64,000 nucleotides of DNA from Candidatus Hydrogenedentota bacterium (GTDB lineage Bacteria; Hydrogenedentota; Hydrogenedentia; Hydrogenedentales; JAEUWI01): the NCBI GenBank assembly GCA_034669905.1, contig JAXMOL010000002.1, positions 160,001 through 224,000 on the forward strand, read 5' to 3'. Every line of letters starts with the position of its first letter. Positions within the stretch are counted from its first letter, which is position 1. Both the position numbers and the translations under genes were made by a program. This document shows positions 41,066 to 50,339 of this stretch, one piece after another. The notes under the pieces are model-generated. The model saw nothing but the letters and a program-made list of their open reading frames with translations, did not search any database and was not told the DNA's origin.

Positions 41066-41797
41066 TCATGCGCATGACTGGGCGTCGCCCATGAGGACGC
41101 CCCATTCGGTCACTTCCCGCACGAGGGGCACCGAGGTGGTCAGGTCCATCTGGGCACAATAGGCCACATCCGACGCCATGTCGATGGCCCGCAATTTGGC
41201 GGCATGGGGCGCTGCGGCAAAGAGCGCTTCAAAACCGGCATCGTTGATACGTTCCCGCCAATCGGCGAATACATCGGCTCCTTCGCCGATTTCACCCCCC
41301 GCCTTCATGGCAATGGCCACGGCCGCGCAGCGGTCTTCCTGGGCATCGAAGTCCGGCTGTCCGGTCAGTCCGGCCGGAATGAGCACGGCGTTTCGCTCCA
41401 GATTGGCCGCATACCGGGCCACCGCCGACGCGTTGACCGTGGTCCCCATGAGAATGGTGGGTGCGCCCGCCGAAGAGACCAGCCGCCCCGCCCCGGTAGT
41501 GGTGGTAAAGATGACGTCCCGGCCGTCGGCGTGATGGGCTTCCTGGGGACTGTTCCCATAGTGGAAACCTTCGGGCGGAATACCACCCCGCTCCCCATAG
41601 AGGAGGGCCTCTGGGTAGGCCTCCCGGGCACGCAGGGCCTCTTCCACCTCGCGCACCGCCAGGATGGACCGGGCACCGCAATCAAAGAGCATGGCGGCCG
41701 TGGCGCTCGCCCGCAGGGCATCCACCACAATCGCCGTGCACTCATGCTGCACCGCAAATTCGCACCCCGCCTCCCCTTCAATAATATGCCAACGCAT
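41066..41797 (-). CDS. comB: 2-phosphosulfolactate phosphatase family
   Basis: VVDALRASAT, GERGG, GNSP, FTTTTG, EDRCAA motifs. Confidence 0.85.
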   Translation of the reverse strand: MRWHIIEGEAGCEFAVQHECTAIVVDALRASATAAMLFDCGARSILAVREVEEALRAREAYPEALLYGERGGIPPEGFHYGNSPQEAHHADGRDVIFTTTTGAGRLVSSAGAPTILMGTTVNASAVARYAANLERNAVLIPAGLTGQPDFDAQEDRCAAVAIAMKAGGEIGEGADVFADWRERINDAGFEALFAAAPHAAKLRAIDMASDVAYCAQMDLTTSVPLVREVTEWGVLMGDAQSCA

Positions 41798-41941
41798 GAT
41801 AGGTTCTGCTTTCTCTGGTCGCGGTGATTCCACGGGGACTGCACCGACGTGATGTTGAGGGTTGGGGTAAGCCTGCGGCGTGGCGTACTCCGCCACGTGG
41901 GCAAGCACATTCAGCCTGGACGTCGGGGCTGTCCCCCTCTT

Positions 41942-42406
41942 CTACCGCGGCACCGTGCCGTCAATCACATAACGCAGGATCTGAACAATCTGTTCGGTCG
42001 ACGAGGTCACTGCCAGGGCCGCCGCGTCGATTTCTTTCAAGGCATGATTCAGCGCGGGGTCGTGATAGGTAATCAGGGGCTTGTCATTTGCCACTGCAAA
42101 ACCCGCATCAAAGGCCGCATTCCACTGGCGGTACTGATCGCCAAAACGTACGATCACCAGATCCGCTTCCTGAATCAGGGTCCGGGTCCGGATGGCATTC
42201 AGCTTGGCCGCCTTGTGGTCCTTCCAGAAATCATTGGACTCGGCACCCAGAATCGCCACGCCACAGTCGTCGCTCGCACCATGGTCCAGGACGGGTGTGT
42301 TGTAGTCCACCGGCAGGTCCGCTTCGATGGTGGCGTCCGTCAGTTCTTTCCGCCAGTTGCTGTGAATTTCACCCGCCAGATAGACGGTCCAGGCTCTCTC
42401 TTCCAT
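41942..42406 (-). CDS. ytoQ: YtoQ family protein
   Basis: VYLAGEIHSNWR, HGASDDCG, RFGDQYRQWNAAFDAG, HALKEID. Confidence 0.9.
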   Translation of the reverse strand: MEERAWTVYLAGEIHSNWRKELTDATIEADLPVDYNTPVLDHGASDDCGVAILGAESNDFWKDHKAAKLNAIRTRTLIQEADLVIVRFGDQYRQWNAAFDAGFAVANDKPLITYHDPALNHALKEIDAAALAVTSSTEQIVQILRYVIDGTVPR

Positions 42407-42452
42407 GGGATTGTTCCTTAATGCACCAGGCGTATCGTACGATGTGCCTTGG

Positions 42453-42538
42453 TGCGGGCCATCAGCCCTTTTTGAAAAAATTACAGCTAACCCGGGGCGT
42501 TGACCCCAGGCGGATAGGTCATGCACCGTTGGTGCCCG
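42453..42538. repeat. single arm of the REPIN-like element
   Basis: GCGGGCCATCAGCCC..CCGGGGCGTTGACCCCAGGC..GCACCGTTGGTGCCC resembles the left arm of copies A-C. Confidence 0.55.
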
Positions 42539-42602
42539 TCTTCCAGCTGGCTGGACGCAGGCGCGCAGGAGGAGCAAAGGCCCGAATCCCTGCCCCCGTG
42601 GC

Positions 42603-43610
42603 TCAGCCCGCGGGGACGGTGGCCTGTTGCGCAAAAATATGGTCCACAATGGCCGGGCCGTGTTCGCGGCTGTTTTCCACGAAAACCACGTTGGACTCAC
42701 AACCCGCGCACAGGGTGCCGGCCACATAAATGCCCGGCACCGTCGTTTCGTGGTGTTCCGTCAACACGGGCTTCCCGGTGGAATGGTCCACATCGGCCCC
42801 CGTGCTCTCCAGCAACGTGGTGTCCGGCTCGTAACCGGTCATGGCCAACACAAAATCGTTGGGCACCTCCACCAGCTCGCCCGATTCCGTCCGCACGATC
42901 ACGTCGTCCATCCGGATTTCTACCACCTCACTATTCCGAAAGGCGCGAATGGACCCTTCCTTGATGCGGTTTTCAATATCCGGCTCCACCCAGTATTTGG
43001 TGTGAAACCGGTCCCCCCGCATCATGATAGTCACATTGGCTCCCTCGCGATAGAGCTCCAGCGCCACCTCGGCCGCCGACGATCCCGCACCCACAATCAT
43101 GACATCGTGATCCGCGTAAAAATGCGCTTCCGAATAGCGGTGGGTCACCTTGGGCAAATCGCCGCCTGGGACATCCAGAGGCCGGGGGCTGTCATAGAAG
43201 CCCGTCGCGAAGACCACGTTCCGCGCCTGCCAGACCAGATCCCGCCCATACAGATCACGGGCGGTGACACCAAATACGTCACCCTGCTTCTCAATGGCCA
43301 CCACCTCGCGGTACGTGACCACTTCGAGTCCAAAGTAGTTGACGAAGGCGCGACAATAACGAAGATACTCGCGGCGGGTGGGATTCTTCTCGTCGATCAG
43401 GAGGGGAAAACCGCCCAGCTCCAACTTGTCGAAGGTGGAAAACCAGCGCATGTACGTGGGGTGCTTCAGCAACGCGCCGCATACCGGTCCCTTATCGATC
43501 GCCACAGCACGCAAGCCCTTGGACTGGGCTTCGTGGAGCGCCACCAGGGCCGCCGGACCGGCACCCACCACCAGCAGATCGAGGGTTTCATCGATTCCAT
43601 AATTTTTCAC
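42603..43610 (-). CDS. ypdA: YpdA/Bdr-family FAD-dependent disulfide reductase
   Basis: GAGPAAL, YMRWFST..LELGG, PTRREYLRY, ATGFYD, KYWVEPDIENRIKEG, VFVENSREH; GTG start after GGAGGT. Confidence 0.85.
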   Translation of the reverse strand: MKNYGIDETLDLLVVGAGPAALVALHEAQSKGLRAVAIDKGPVCGALLKHPTYMRWFSTFDKLELGGFPLLIDEKNPTRREYLRYCRAFVNYFGLEVVTYREVVAIEKQGDVFGVTARDLYGRDLVWQARNVVFATGFYDSPRPLDVPGGDLPKVTHRYSEAHFYADHDVMIVGAGSSAAEVALELYREGANVTIMMRGDRFHTKYWVEPDIENRIKEGSIRAFRNSEVVEIRMDDVIVRTESGELVEVPNDFVLAMTGYEPDTTLLESTGADVDHSTGKPVLTEHHETTVPGIYVAGTLCAGCESNVVFVENSREHGPAIVDHIFAQQATVPAG

Positions 43611-43805
43611 GGGAACTACCTCCAAAAGGCCATTTTAACATAGGAAGGAGGCGACGGGCACCGTGGGCACCGGTCCACAGAGAAACGTGCTATACTGAAA
43701 GTGCGCGGGCACCCCTACCTTCCCCGGATACCGTCCGGGTCTTCGGCCCACTTACACGGGCTCGATGCGCATCATCAACCGGTAACGGACCGGTGGAGTA
43801 TTGCC

Positions 43806-44819
43806 ATGAAGGTTGCCATGATTTCCCCCATCGCCTGGCGCACGCCCCCGCGACATTACGGCCCCTGGGAACGGGTTGTCTCGCTCCTGACCGAAGGCCT
43901 GGTGGCACGCGGCATCGACGTGACCCTCTTTGCCACAGGCGACTCACAGACCACCGGAACCCTTTCCAGCGTCTGCCCGCGAGGCTATGAGGAAGACCGC
44001 ACCGTCAACGCCAAGGTATGGGAATGCCTCCACATCGCCGAGGTATTCGAGCGGGCCGATGCCTTCGACATTATCCACAACCATTTCGACTTTCTTCCCC
44101 TGAGCTATTCGCGCATGACGAAGACACCCCTGGTCAGCACCATCCACGGCTTCTCTTCGCCGGAAATTCTCCCCGTCTACAAAAAATACAACGACACCAC
44201 CCACTATGTGGCCATCAGCGACGCGGACAAATCCCCCGCCCTGAAATACGCGGCCACGGTTCACCATGGCATCGATTTACAGGAGTTTCGCTTCCGCGAC
44301 GAGTCGGAAGGCTACCTGCTGTTCTTCGGGCGCATTCATCCCCACAAGGGCACGAAGGAATGTATCGACATCGCCCGTAAGACCGGGAAGAAACTGGTGC
44401 TCGCAGGCATCGTGCAAGACACGCGCTATTTCGAGGAGGAGATTCAGCCCCACCTCGACGAGGACCGCTGTGTCTACATCGGCAGTGTGGGACCGGAAGA
44501 GCGGGATGCCGTTTTTGGCGGTGCCCTGGCCCTCCTCCACCCCATCCACTTTGATGAACCCTTCGGCCTCTCGGTGGTGGAAGCCATGGCCTGTGGCACA
44601 CCGGTGCTGGCGATTAACCGGGGCAGCATGCCCGAAGTCATCGATCCCGGCGTCACCGGGTTTCTCGTGCACGATGCCGCACAAATGGCCGACGCCGTGT
44701 CTCATGTGGCCGCGCTGGATCGTGCCGCATGTCGCCGTTGGGTCGAGGCACGCTTCACTGTCGACCGAATGGCCGCAGATTATGAAGCGGTCTACCGACA
44801 GATTATTCAGGAATCGTAA
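43806..44819 (+). CDS. GT4 glycosyltransferase
   Basis: TPPRHYGPWE, GRIHPHKG, EPFGLSVVEAMACGTPV. Confidence 0.92.
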   Translation: MKVAMISPIAWRTPPRHYGPWERVVSLLTEGLVARGIDVTLFATGDSQTTGTLSSVCPRGYEEDRTVNAKVWECLHIAEVFERADAFDIIHNHFDFLPLSYSRMTKTPLVSTIHGFSSPEILPVYKKYNDTTHYVAISDADKSPALKYAATVHHGIDLQEFRFRDESEGYLLFFGRIHPHKGTKECIDIARKTGKKLVLAGIVQDTRYFEEEIQPHLDEDRCVYIGSVGPEERDAVFGGALALLHPIHFDEPFGLSVVEAMACGTPVLAINRGSMPEVIDPGVTGFLVHDAAQMADAVSHVAALDRAACRRWVEARFTVDRMAADYEAVYRQIIQES

Positions 44820-44837
44820 ATCGGGACACTGGGCAAA

Positions 44838-46298
44838 TCATCCGCCAAGCAATGCGGCGAGCAATTCGTCCAGATTCACGTTCGCCACCGACGTGGTACG
44901 GTCGCTCATGGCGTAAGGCAAAATGATTTCGTTGCCGTGCCGCAGCGAACCACAGCTGTAGACCACATTGGGCACATAGCCTTCCCGGTCCTCGCCCTCG
45001 GGGCGGAGCAGGGGTTCCCGAAGACGTCCTATCACACGGGTCGGGTCGTCCAAATCCAGCAGAACCGCACCAATGCAATAGGTCCTCATGGGGCCCACCC
45101 CGTGGGTCATCACGAGCCATCCGGCATCCGTCTCGATGGGTGAACCACAATTTCCCAACTTCACCGACTCCCAGACTTCCGCAGGGCGGAGCAACATTTC
45201 GGGATCACTCCAATAGTGTGGGTTCGGCGACTTCATGATGAGGATGTTTTCATCGTCCTGCCGCGACAGCATCATGTAATTGCCGTTGATGCGGCGGGGG
45301 AAAAGGGCCATGCCCTTGTTTTGGGCGGCCCGGCCATTGAGGGTAAGCACGCGGAAGTGGAGAAAATCGGCGGTCTCGATAAGCTGGGGCAGAATATCGC
45401 GGCCGTTGTACGCCGTGTAGGTCGCATAGTAAACACTCCCCCCATCCTCCTCGACAAAGCGCACAAACCGGGCGTCCTCGATCCCATTGCTTTCATTGGT
45501 GGACACCGGAAAAATAATGCGCTCGCTCAGGGCAAGGGATTCGGGGAACTGCAATTCGTAGTTGGAATCGGCCAGCCACTGGATACACTCCAGGGTATGC
45601 CGCATGTCGTGGTGCATGGGCAGGTTCTCCCATTGGACATGAGCAACACGGGCGGAGAGTTCCGTGCGGGTGAATGTATCGCTGAGGGGCGCCATCACCG
45701 ATTCGGCGCAGTCATTGTGAAACCCCATCTCATGCAACTTGAAGATGAAAATACGTTTCCGGTAGTTGGGATTGGGTAACAACTGCGGCTCTTCCACAAA
45801 ACGCGAGGACGCAGGAACCTCGATGTCTCCCGTGGGCGTTATAACACCCTCCCGAAACTCGATGGAGGAAATGTGCCCCTCGCCGGTCGCACGAAGGCTC
45901 ATGATGAACCGCAGGGCCCCGTCCGCCACGCCGGACTGGTCGGGATGGGGAACCAGGGAAGGATTGAAAAGCGCGGCCGATTCAAGGGAGTACTCACCGG
46001 AAAAAAGCGCGCCTATGAGCAACGTACGGGCGGTCGAAATGGGTTTCTGCGTAAAGATATGGGCTTCCACCCGTTGGAAGTTTGCCAGCAGTTTCTCTTC
46101 GAGATTTTCATGCCGTTCGTCAAAAGCGCTGCAGACCTGTTTGAGTTCCCGCTCCACTTCCTCTTCGGTCAGCGCCAGGGTGCGCCCGATTATGGCCGCG
46201 ATGTGCGCCGTGTTTCCGGGAATAAACGGTCGAACGATTACCCGCGATACGTCTGGAAGCAACCGAAAGGATTGTCGCCGAATGGAGATTGCGGTCAT
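44838..46298 (-). CDS. GH130 glycosidase/phosphorylase
   Basis: AALFNP, GIEDARF, YATYTAY, NKGMALFP, KLGNCGSPI, GYVPNVVYSCG. Confidence 0.9.
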   Translation of the reverse strand: MTAISIRRQSFRLLPDVSRVIVRPFIPGNTAHIAAIIGRTLALTEEEVERELKQVCSAFDERHENLEEKLLANFQRVEAHIFTQKPISTARTLLIGALFSGEYSLESAALFNPSLVPHPDQSGVADGALRFIMSLRATGEGHISSIEFREGVITPTGDIEVPASSRFVEEPQLLPNPNYRKRIFIFKLHEMGFHNDCAESVMAPLSDTFTRTELSARVAHVQWENLPMHHDMRHTLECIQWLADSNYELQFPESLALSERIIFPVSTNESNGIEDARFVRFVEEDGGSVYYATYTAYNGRDILPQLIETADFLHFRVLTLNGRAAQNKGMALFPRRINGNYMMLSRQDDENILIMKSPNPHYWSDPEMLLRPAEVWESVKLGNCGSPIETDAGWLVMTHGVGPMRTYCIGAVLLDLDDPTRVIGRLREPLLRPEGEDREGYVPNVVYSCGSLRHGNEIILPYAMSDRTTSVANVNLDELLAALLGG

Positions 46299-48568
46299 AC
46301 GCTGGCACGCAGCGGGTGTTCCGCGTAACTCATGTCTGCCAGGGCAAGATGAAACGCAAGGGTTGATTCGGCACCCTGGTTTTCATTGACCCGATCACAG
46401 TGCAGTCCATCCCCACAGCCACCCGTGCCAGGGTCGTAGAGGGGCAGCCCAAGATCGTTACGCCCCAGAAACCATTCAAAGGCACGACGGGCTTCTTTCG
46501 ACCAAACCGATTCGCCGGTGGCACGAAAGGCCTCCAGACACGCGGCCACCATGGCCTGGGCTTCGACGGGCTGCTGGTCAAAGTCCGCGCGGGCTCCATT
46601 CCGGACATAGAATCCATCGCTACCAATAGGCCGGAAATGCTCTGATTGCGTCGTCTGCAACGAGGTCAGCCACCGCAACGACTTCAGGCCGATTTCGAGG
46701 GCTTCCGGTTTGGAGGAGTTGTTGCCGCTCACAATAAGCGCGTGACAGAGACGGGCGTTGTCGTAGGTGACACTGGGCTCGAACCAGGGCCAGTCTTCCG
46801 TCGCACTGTTCTTCCAAAGCGCAATCAGTTTTTCGGTAAGCACGCCATAGGCGTCGCGCGCCTGTGCTGAGCCTGGATATTGCCGCAGATATTCATGGAC
46901 GCCCAACAGCGTGAAGGCCCACGCCCGCGGGGAGGTAAAGGAGAGTACGACGTTGAGGGCCTGATCAAAAAGCTGGGCGGATAACTTCCGCCGCCCGTCA
47001 TCACGGGAGCGGGCCGCGCCGACGCCCAGGGCCCAAAGGGCGCGGCCATGACTATCCTCGCTGCCCGCTTCCTCCAGCCATTCTCGTCCATGGCTCATAA
47101 AATTCCGAAAACGGCAGGTATCTTCGTTAAATGCCGCCGCAAGAAAAGCGAGATAACTGGTCGTGAGCACATCCAGATTTCCGGATGGGGTGGTCCCACC
47201 GAGCTCCGTCAGATGATTGCACAGTATGAAGGCACGGGCGTTGTCATCGACGCAATAGCCGTGGTGAAAGTTGGGCACGTTGAAAATCGCGTGTTGAAAA
47301 ATACCGGTACCGTCGCTCATGCGCAGAATGTGATCCAGCCGGAGCGGGGGCAACTCGTAGGGACGACTGGCGAGCGTCCATTCACGAAATGCCGTGCGGG
47401 GTATGGCTTTGCGGTCGGCGCACGCGTGGGTCATCGATGCCAGATAGTTTTTGGCCACGGCCGGCCAGATCATTTCCCGGCCCATTGCGTAGGCCTCGGT
47501 GCGGGTCTTTGTCATCTTTTCCGGGTCGCCGAGATACTCGCAGACTGCGGCCGCAATCGCCCCCGAATCGTTGAAGGGCACAAGAATACCCCGCCCGTCT
47601 GCCAACAACTCTTTCGCATGCCAGTAGGGGGTGGAAACGACCGCCTTACCCGCGCCAAATACATAAGCCAGGGTTCCCGACGTAATTTGTCCCTCATTGG
47701 GGTAGGGGGTCAGGTAGACATCGGTGGCGCATATAAATTCGCTCAGATCTTCCAGGGAAACAAATTGGTTGTAAAAAATGACGTGGTCTTTGACCCCCCG
47801 CTCCTCCGCCAGCCGTTCGAGACCTAACCGGTAGCGCTCACCCTCGCTGGCCAGCAAGTGGGGATGGGTTGCACCAAGCACCAGGTAAACCACCTCGGGA
47901 TGGGCCTCCACAATCGCCGGAAGGGCTTCGATGACATGCTCGATGCCTTTCCCGGGACCAAGCAGCCCAAAGGTGAGTAGCACCGCACGGCCCTCTACGC
48001 CAAACTGCGCCTTCGACAACTCGGAATCCGCAAAGGGGATGTCGGGAATGCCGTGGGCAATGATATCGATTTTACTTTCCGAGACCCCATAGGTGTCACG
48101 AAGTATCTCCGCACCTTTGTTTGCCATCACCACCAACCGGTCACTGCGATTCACCAGTTCATCCATCACGGCGTGTTGCACCGCACTGGGCTCACTCAGG
48201 ATGGTATGGAGGGTCGTGACCACGGGCATGCGGACTTCTTTCAGCAGGGCCAGCAGATGACTGCCCGCCGGACCGCCGTAGATCCCGAATTCATGTTGCA
48301 CGCAGAGCAGGTCGGTATTGTGAAAATTCAGGTAGTCTGCCGCCCGCCGATAGGAATTCAGATCTTTTTCCTCGATCTCGAAACGAACACGGGGGGGATA
48401 TTCGTACCCTTCCGAGCGGTCGTTGACCGCGCCCGCGAAACACTGGGCTCCCGGAAACGTTTCGCTCACGGCTTCACAGAGATCGTGGGTGAAGGTAGCA
48501 ATGCCGCAAAGTCTGGGCAGGTAGTTACCCAGAAACGCGATGTTTTTGGGAACAGAGGCGTTGCTCAA
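46295..48568 (-). CDS. GT4 glycosyltransferase fused to a C-terminal six-hairpin-like domain
   Basis: PRLCGIATFT, QHEFGIYGG, FGLLGPGKG, TSGTLAY; C-terminal GYCVDDNARA, EDSHGRALW, FDQQPVE, NQGAES. Confidence 0.88.
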   Translation of the reverse strand: MSNASVPKNIAFLGNYLPRLCGIATFTHDLCEAVSETFPGAQCFAGAVNDRSEGYEYPPRVRFEIEEKDLNSYRRAADYLNFHNTDLLCVQHEFGIYGGPAGSHLLALLKEVRMPVVTTLHTILSEPSAVQHAVMDELVNRSDRLVVMANKGAEILRDTYGVSESKIDIIAHGIPDIPFADSELSKAQFGVEGRAVLLTFGLLGPGKGIEHVIEALPAIVEAHPEVVYLVLGATHPHLLASEGERYRLGLERLAEERGVKDHVIFYNQFVSLEDLSEFICATDVYLTPYPNEGQITSGTLAYVFGAGKAVVSTPYWHAKELLADGRGILVPFNDSGAIAAAVCEYLGDPEKMTKTRTEAYAMGREMIWPAVAKNYLASMTHACADRKAIPRTAFREWTLASRPYELPPLRLDHILRMSDGTGIFQHAIFNVPNFHHGYCVDDNARAFILCNHLTELGGTTPSGNLDVLTTSYLAFLAAAFNEDTCRFRNFMSHGREWLEEAGSEDSHGRALWALGVGAARSRDDGRRKLSAQLFDQALNVVLSFTSPRAWAFTLLGVHEYLRQYPGSAQARDAYGVLTEKLIALWKNSATEDWPWFEPSVTYDNARLCHALIVSGNNSSKPEALEIGLKSLRWLTSLQTTQSEHFRPIGSDGFYVRNGARADFDQQPVEAQAMVAACLEAFRATGESVWSKEARRAFEWFLGRNDLGLPLYDPGTGGCGDGLHCDRVNENQGAESTLAFHLALADMSYAEHPLRASV

Positions 48569-48783
48569 TAGTTCTCGCTTCGTTTACGTATCCGCGTGCA
48601 GAGGGGCCAACTCTTTAGTTGGAATCACGTTTTGATCAGGGAGTTCCCGTGGCAGGCCTGTAAGCAGACAACCTGCGTGGGCAAAGCACGTGGGCGGACA
48701 CCCCAAAAAGATGAACCCACCGCATCAAGCTATCGGCAGCCCAATCCTGGTCCGGGGGGGACTGCGGAAGAAGTTCTGCCACC

Positions 48784-48912
48784 TTATTTTTTGGGCAAGG
48801 TAGAGATGGCCGATTCGGCCTGTTTGGCCTTCTTCTTTTTCAGGTCTTTGGCGTTCTGAACGCTCTTCTGCTTCTTGTCTTTGTTCTTGCTTTTCGGACT
48901 CTTGTCACCCAT
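48784..48912 (-). CDS. small lysine-rich protein (42 aa), absent from the ORF track
   Basis: GGGAG RBS; MGDKSPKSKNKDKKQKSVQNAKDLKKKKAKQAESAISTLPKK*. Confidence 0.7.
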   Translation of the reverse strand: MGDKSPKSKNKDKKQKSVQNAKDLKKKKAKQAESAISTLPKK

Positions 48913-49303
48913 GGTAGGACTCCCTTACTATCACATACCTATTGATCCACCCGACCTCGGAGTGAGATCGCGGCAGCAACAGGGGTATGGCGTGATTCGG
49001 TGTGCGCATTCCCGATCGTCGGCATAATGACGATCCGGTGGGGCCCGTGGTGATGGCCGGAGGATAATCGTCTCAGATGTGAAGAGAAGACGATTGAAGG
49101 AAGGCAGAAAGCACAGCAAACGTAGTGGGGCTGTGGGAACTGTCGCTCAAGCAACCTACGGTCAGTATACGCCTTCGCCCGAGAAAAAGCTATAATCGCA
49201 TTTTTTGAAGCCAGGGACCGCGGCCCTCCCCTAACGCCGCCATCCCTGATCACCGCTACGCCCATACGGCAAGCACACCGCCTTATTACAGAAATGGAGT
49301 ACA

Positions 49304-49933
49304 ATGCGCCACCAGGGAACTATCACAGAATGGAATGACGAACGGGGCTACGGATTCATCACCCCAGACACGGGCGGGGGACGGATCTTCCTTCACATCA
49401 AGGCATTCGCCAGGCATTCAACGCGCCCCGGTGTGGGCGACGTACTGACCTACGAAGTGACAAAGGACCCCCGTGGAAGAATCCGTGCTGAGCGCGCCAC
49501 GGTCCCCGGCACGCCCTATTCCAATGGCAGGCCTGCCCCATGGGGACGGCATTGTGGAACGGCATTGGCCCTGGCGGTCATCGCCATCTTGTTGGGCGCC
49601 ATGTTTCTGGGCAGACTACCCATCTTCGTACCCATCCTCTATGCCGTGACAAGCCTCCTCGCCTTCGGGGCCTACGGCAAAGATAAATGGGCCGCCCGAA
49701 CCGGCTGTTGGCGAACTGCGGAGAGCACCCTCCACCTCCTGGGGCTGTTGGGCGGATGGCCGGGTGCCCTGGCAGCCCAACGGGTATTCCGCCACAAGTC
49801 GCGTAAGCCATCCTTTCAGTTGGCGTTCTGGCTGACCGTGCTGCTCAACAGTGTGGCCCTCGCCTTATTGTTCTCACCCGAGGCCGACATCCTGCTCCAT
49901 CGGCACTTCATCGACGCTATGTGGCTGCGCTGA
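49304..49933 (+). CDS. cold-shock domain plus DUF1294 protein
   Basis: GTITEWNDERGYGFI..FLHI; YGKDKWAA..WRTAESTLHLLGLLGGWPGA..RHKSRK. Confidence 0.9.
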   Translation: MRHQGTITEWNDERGYGFITPDTGGGRIFLHIKAFARHSTRPGVGDVLTYEVTKDPRGRIRAERATVPGTPYSNGRPAPWGRHCGTALALAVIAILLGAMFLGRLPIFVPILYAVTSLLAFGAYGKDKWAARTGCWRTAESTLHLLGLLGGWPGALAAQRVFRHKSRKPSFQLAFWLTVLLNSVALALLFSPEADILLHRHFIDAMWLR

Positions 49934-50047
49934 GGGGACGAGAGCAGAAGAATGGTTTTTTCCCAATGGGCCGTGCCCTGGACCGACCGGTTAAATTCTG
50001 GTTGATTCCGGATGACTATACACGTGCTCCCGGGGGCAGACGATACT

Positions 50048-50074
50048 TTTGTGTTCTTTGCGTTCTTTGTGGTT
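50048..50074. repeat. short 9-bp-period intergenic repeat
   Basis: TTTGTGTTC TTTGCGTTC TTTGTGGTT. Confidence 0.5.
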
Positions 50075-50283
50075 CCGAAAAAAAGCGTGACCGGCTCATA
50101 GTTCAGTCGCCCGCCTCCGTATTGTGTGTGATGTCTCAACGACGCATACGCTCCGCGCGCTTGAACTCCACCCAGCTCGTCCAGACTCGTTTGCCAGCGC
50201 TCGCGCGGTACGATCACGTGTTCCTTTTTGAGCGGGGTACTCTAGTTCATCCGCAACGACGAAAGGGGTGCCGTCCATGAATG

Positions 50284-50314
50284 AAAACGCCCCGGACCCA
50301 TGGCCCGGGGCGTT
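50284..50314 (-). terminator. terminator of htpG
   Basis: AACGCCCCGG/CCGGGGCGTT stem with short T tail on the minus strand. Confidence 0.7.
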
Positions 50315-50339
50315 GATATCTATTCTGCTTGTGGGGAAA

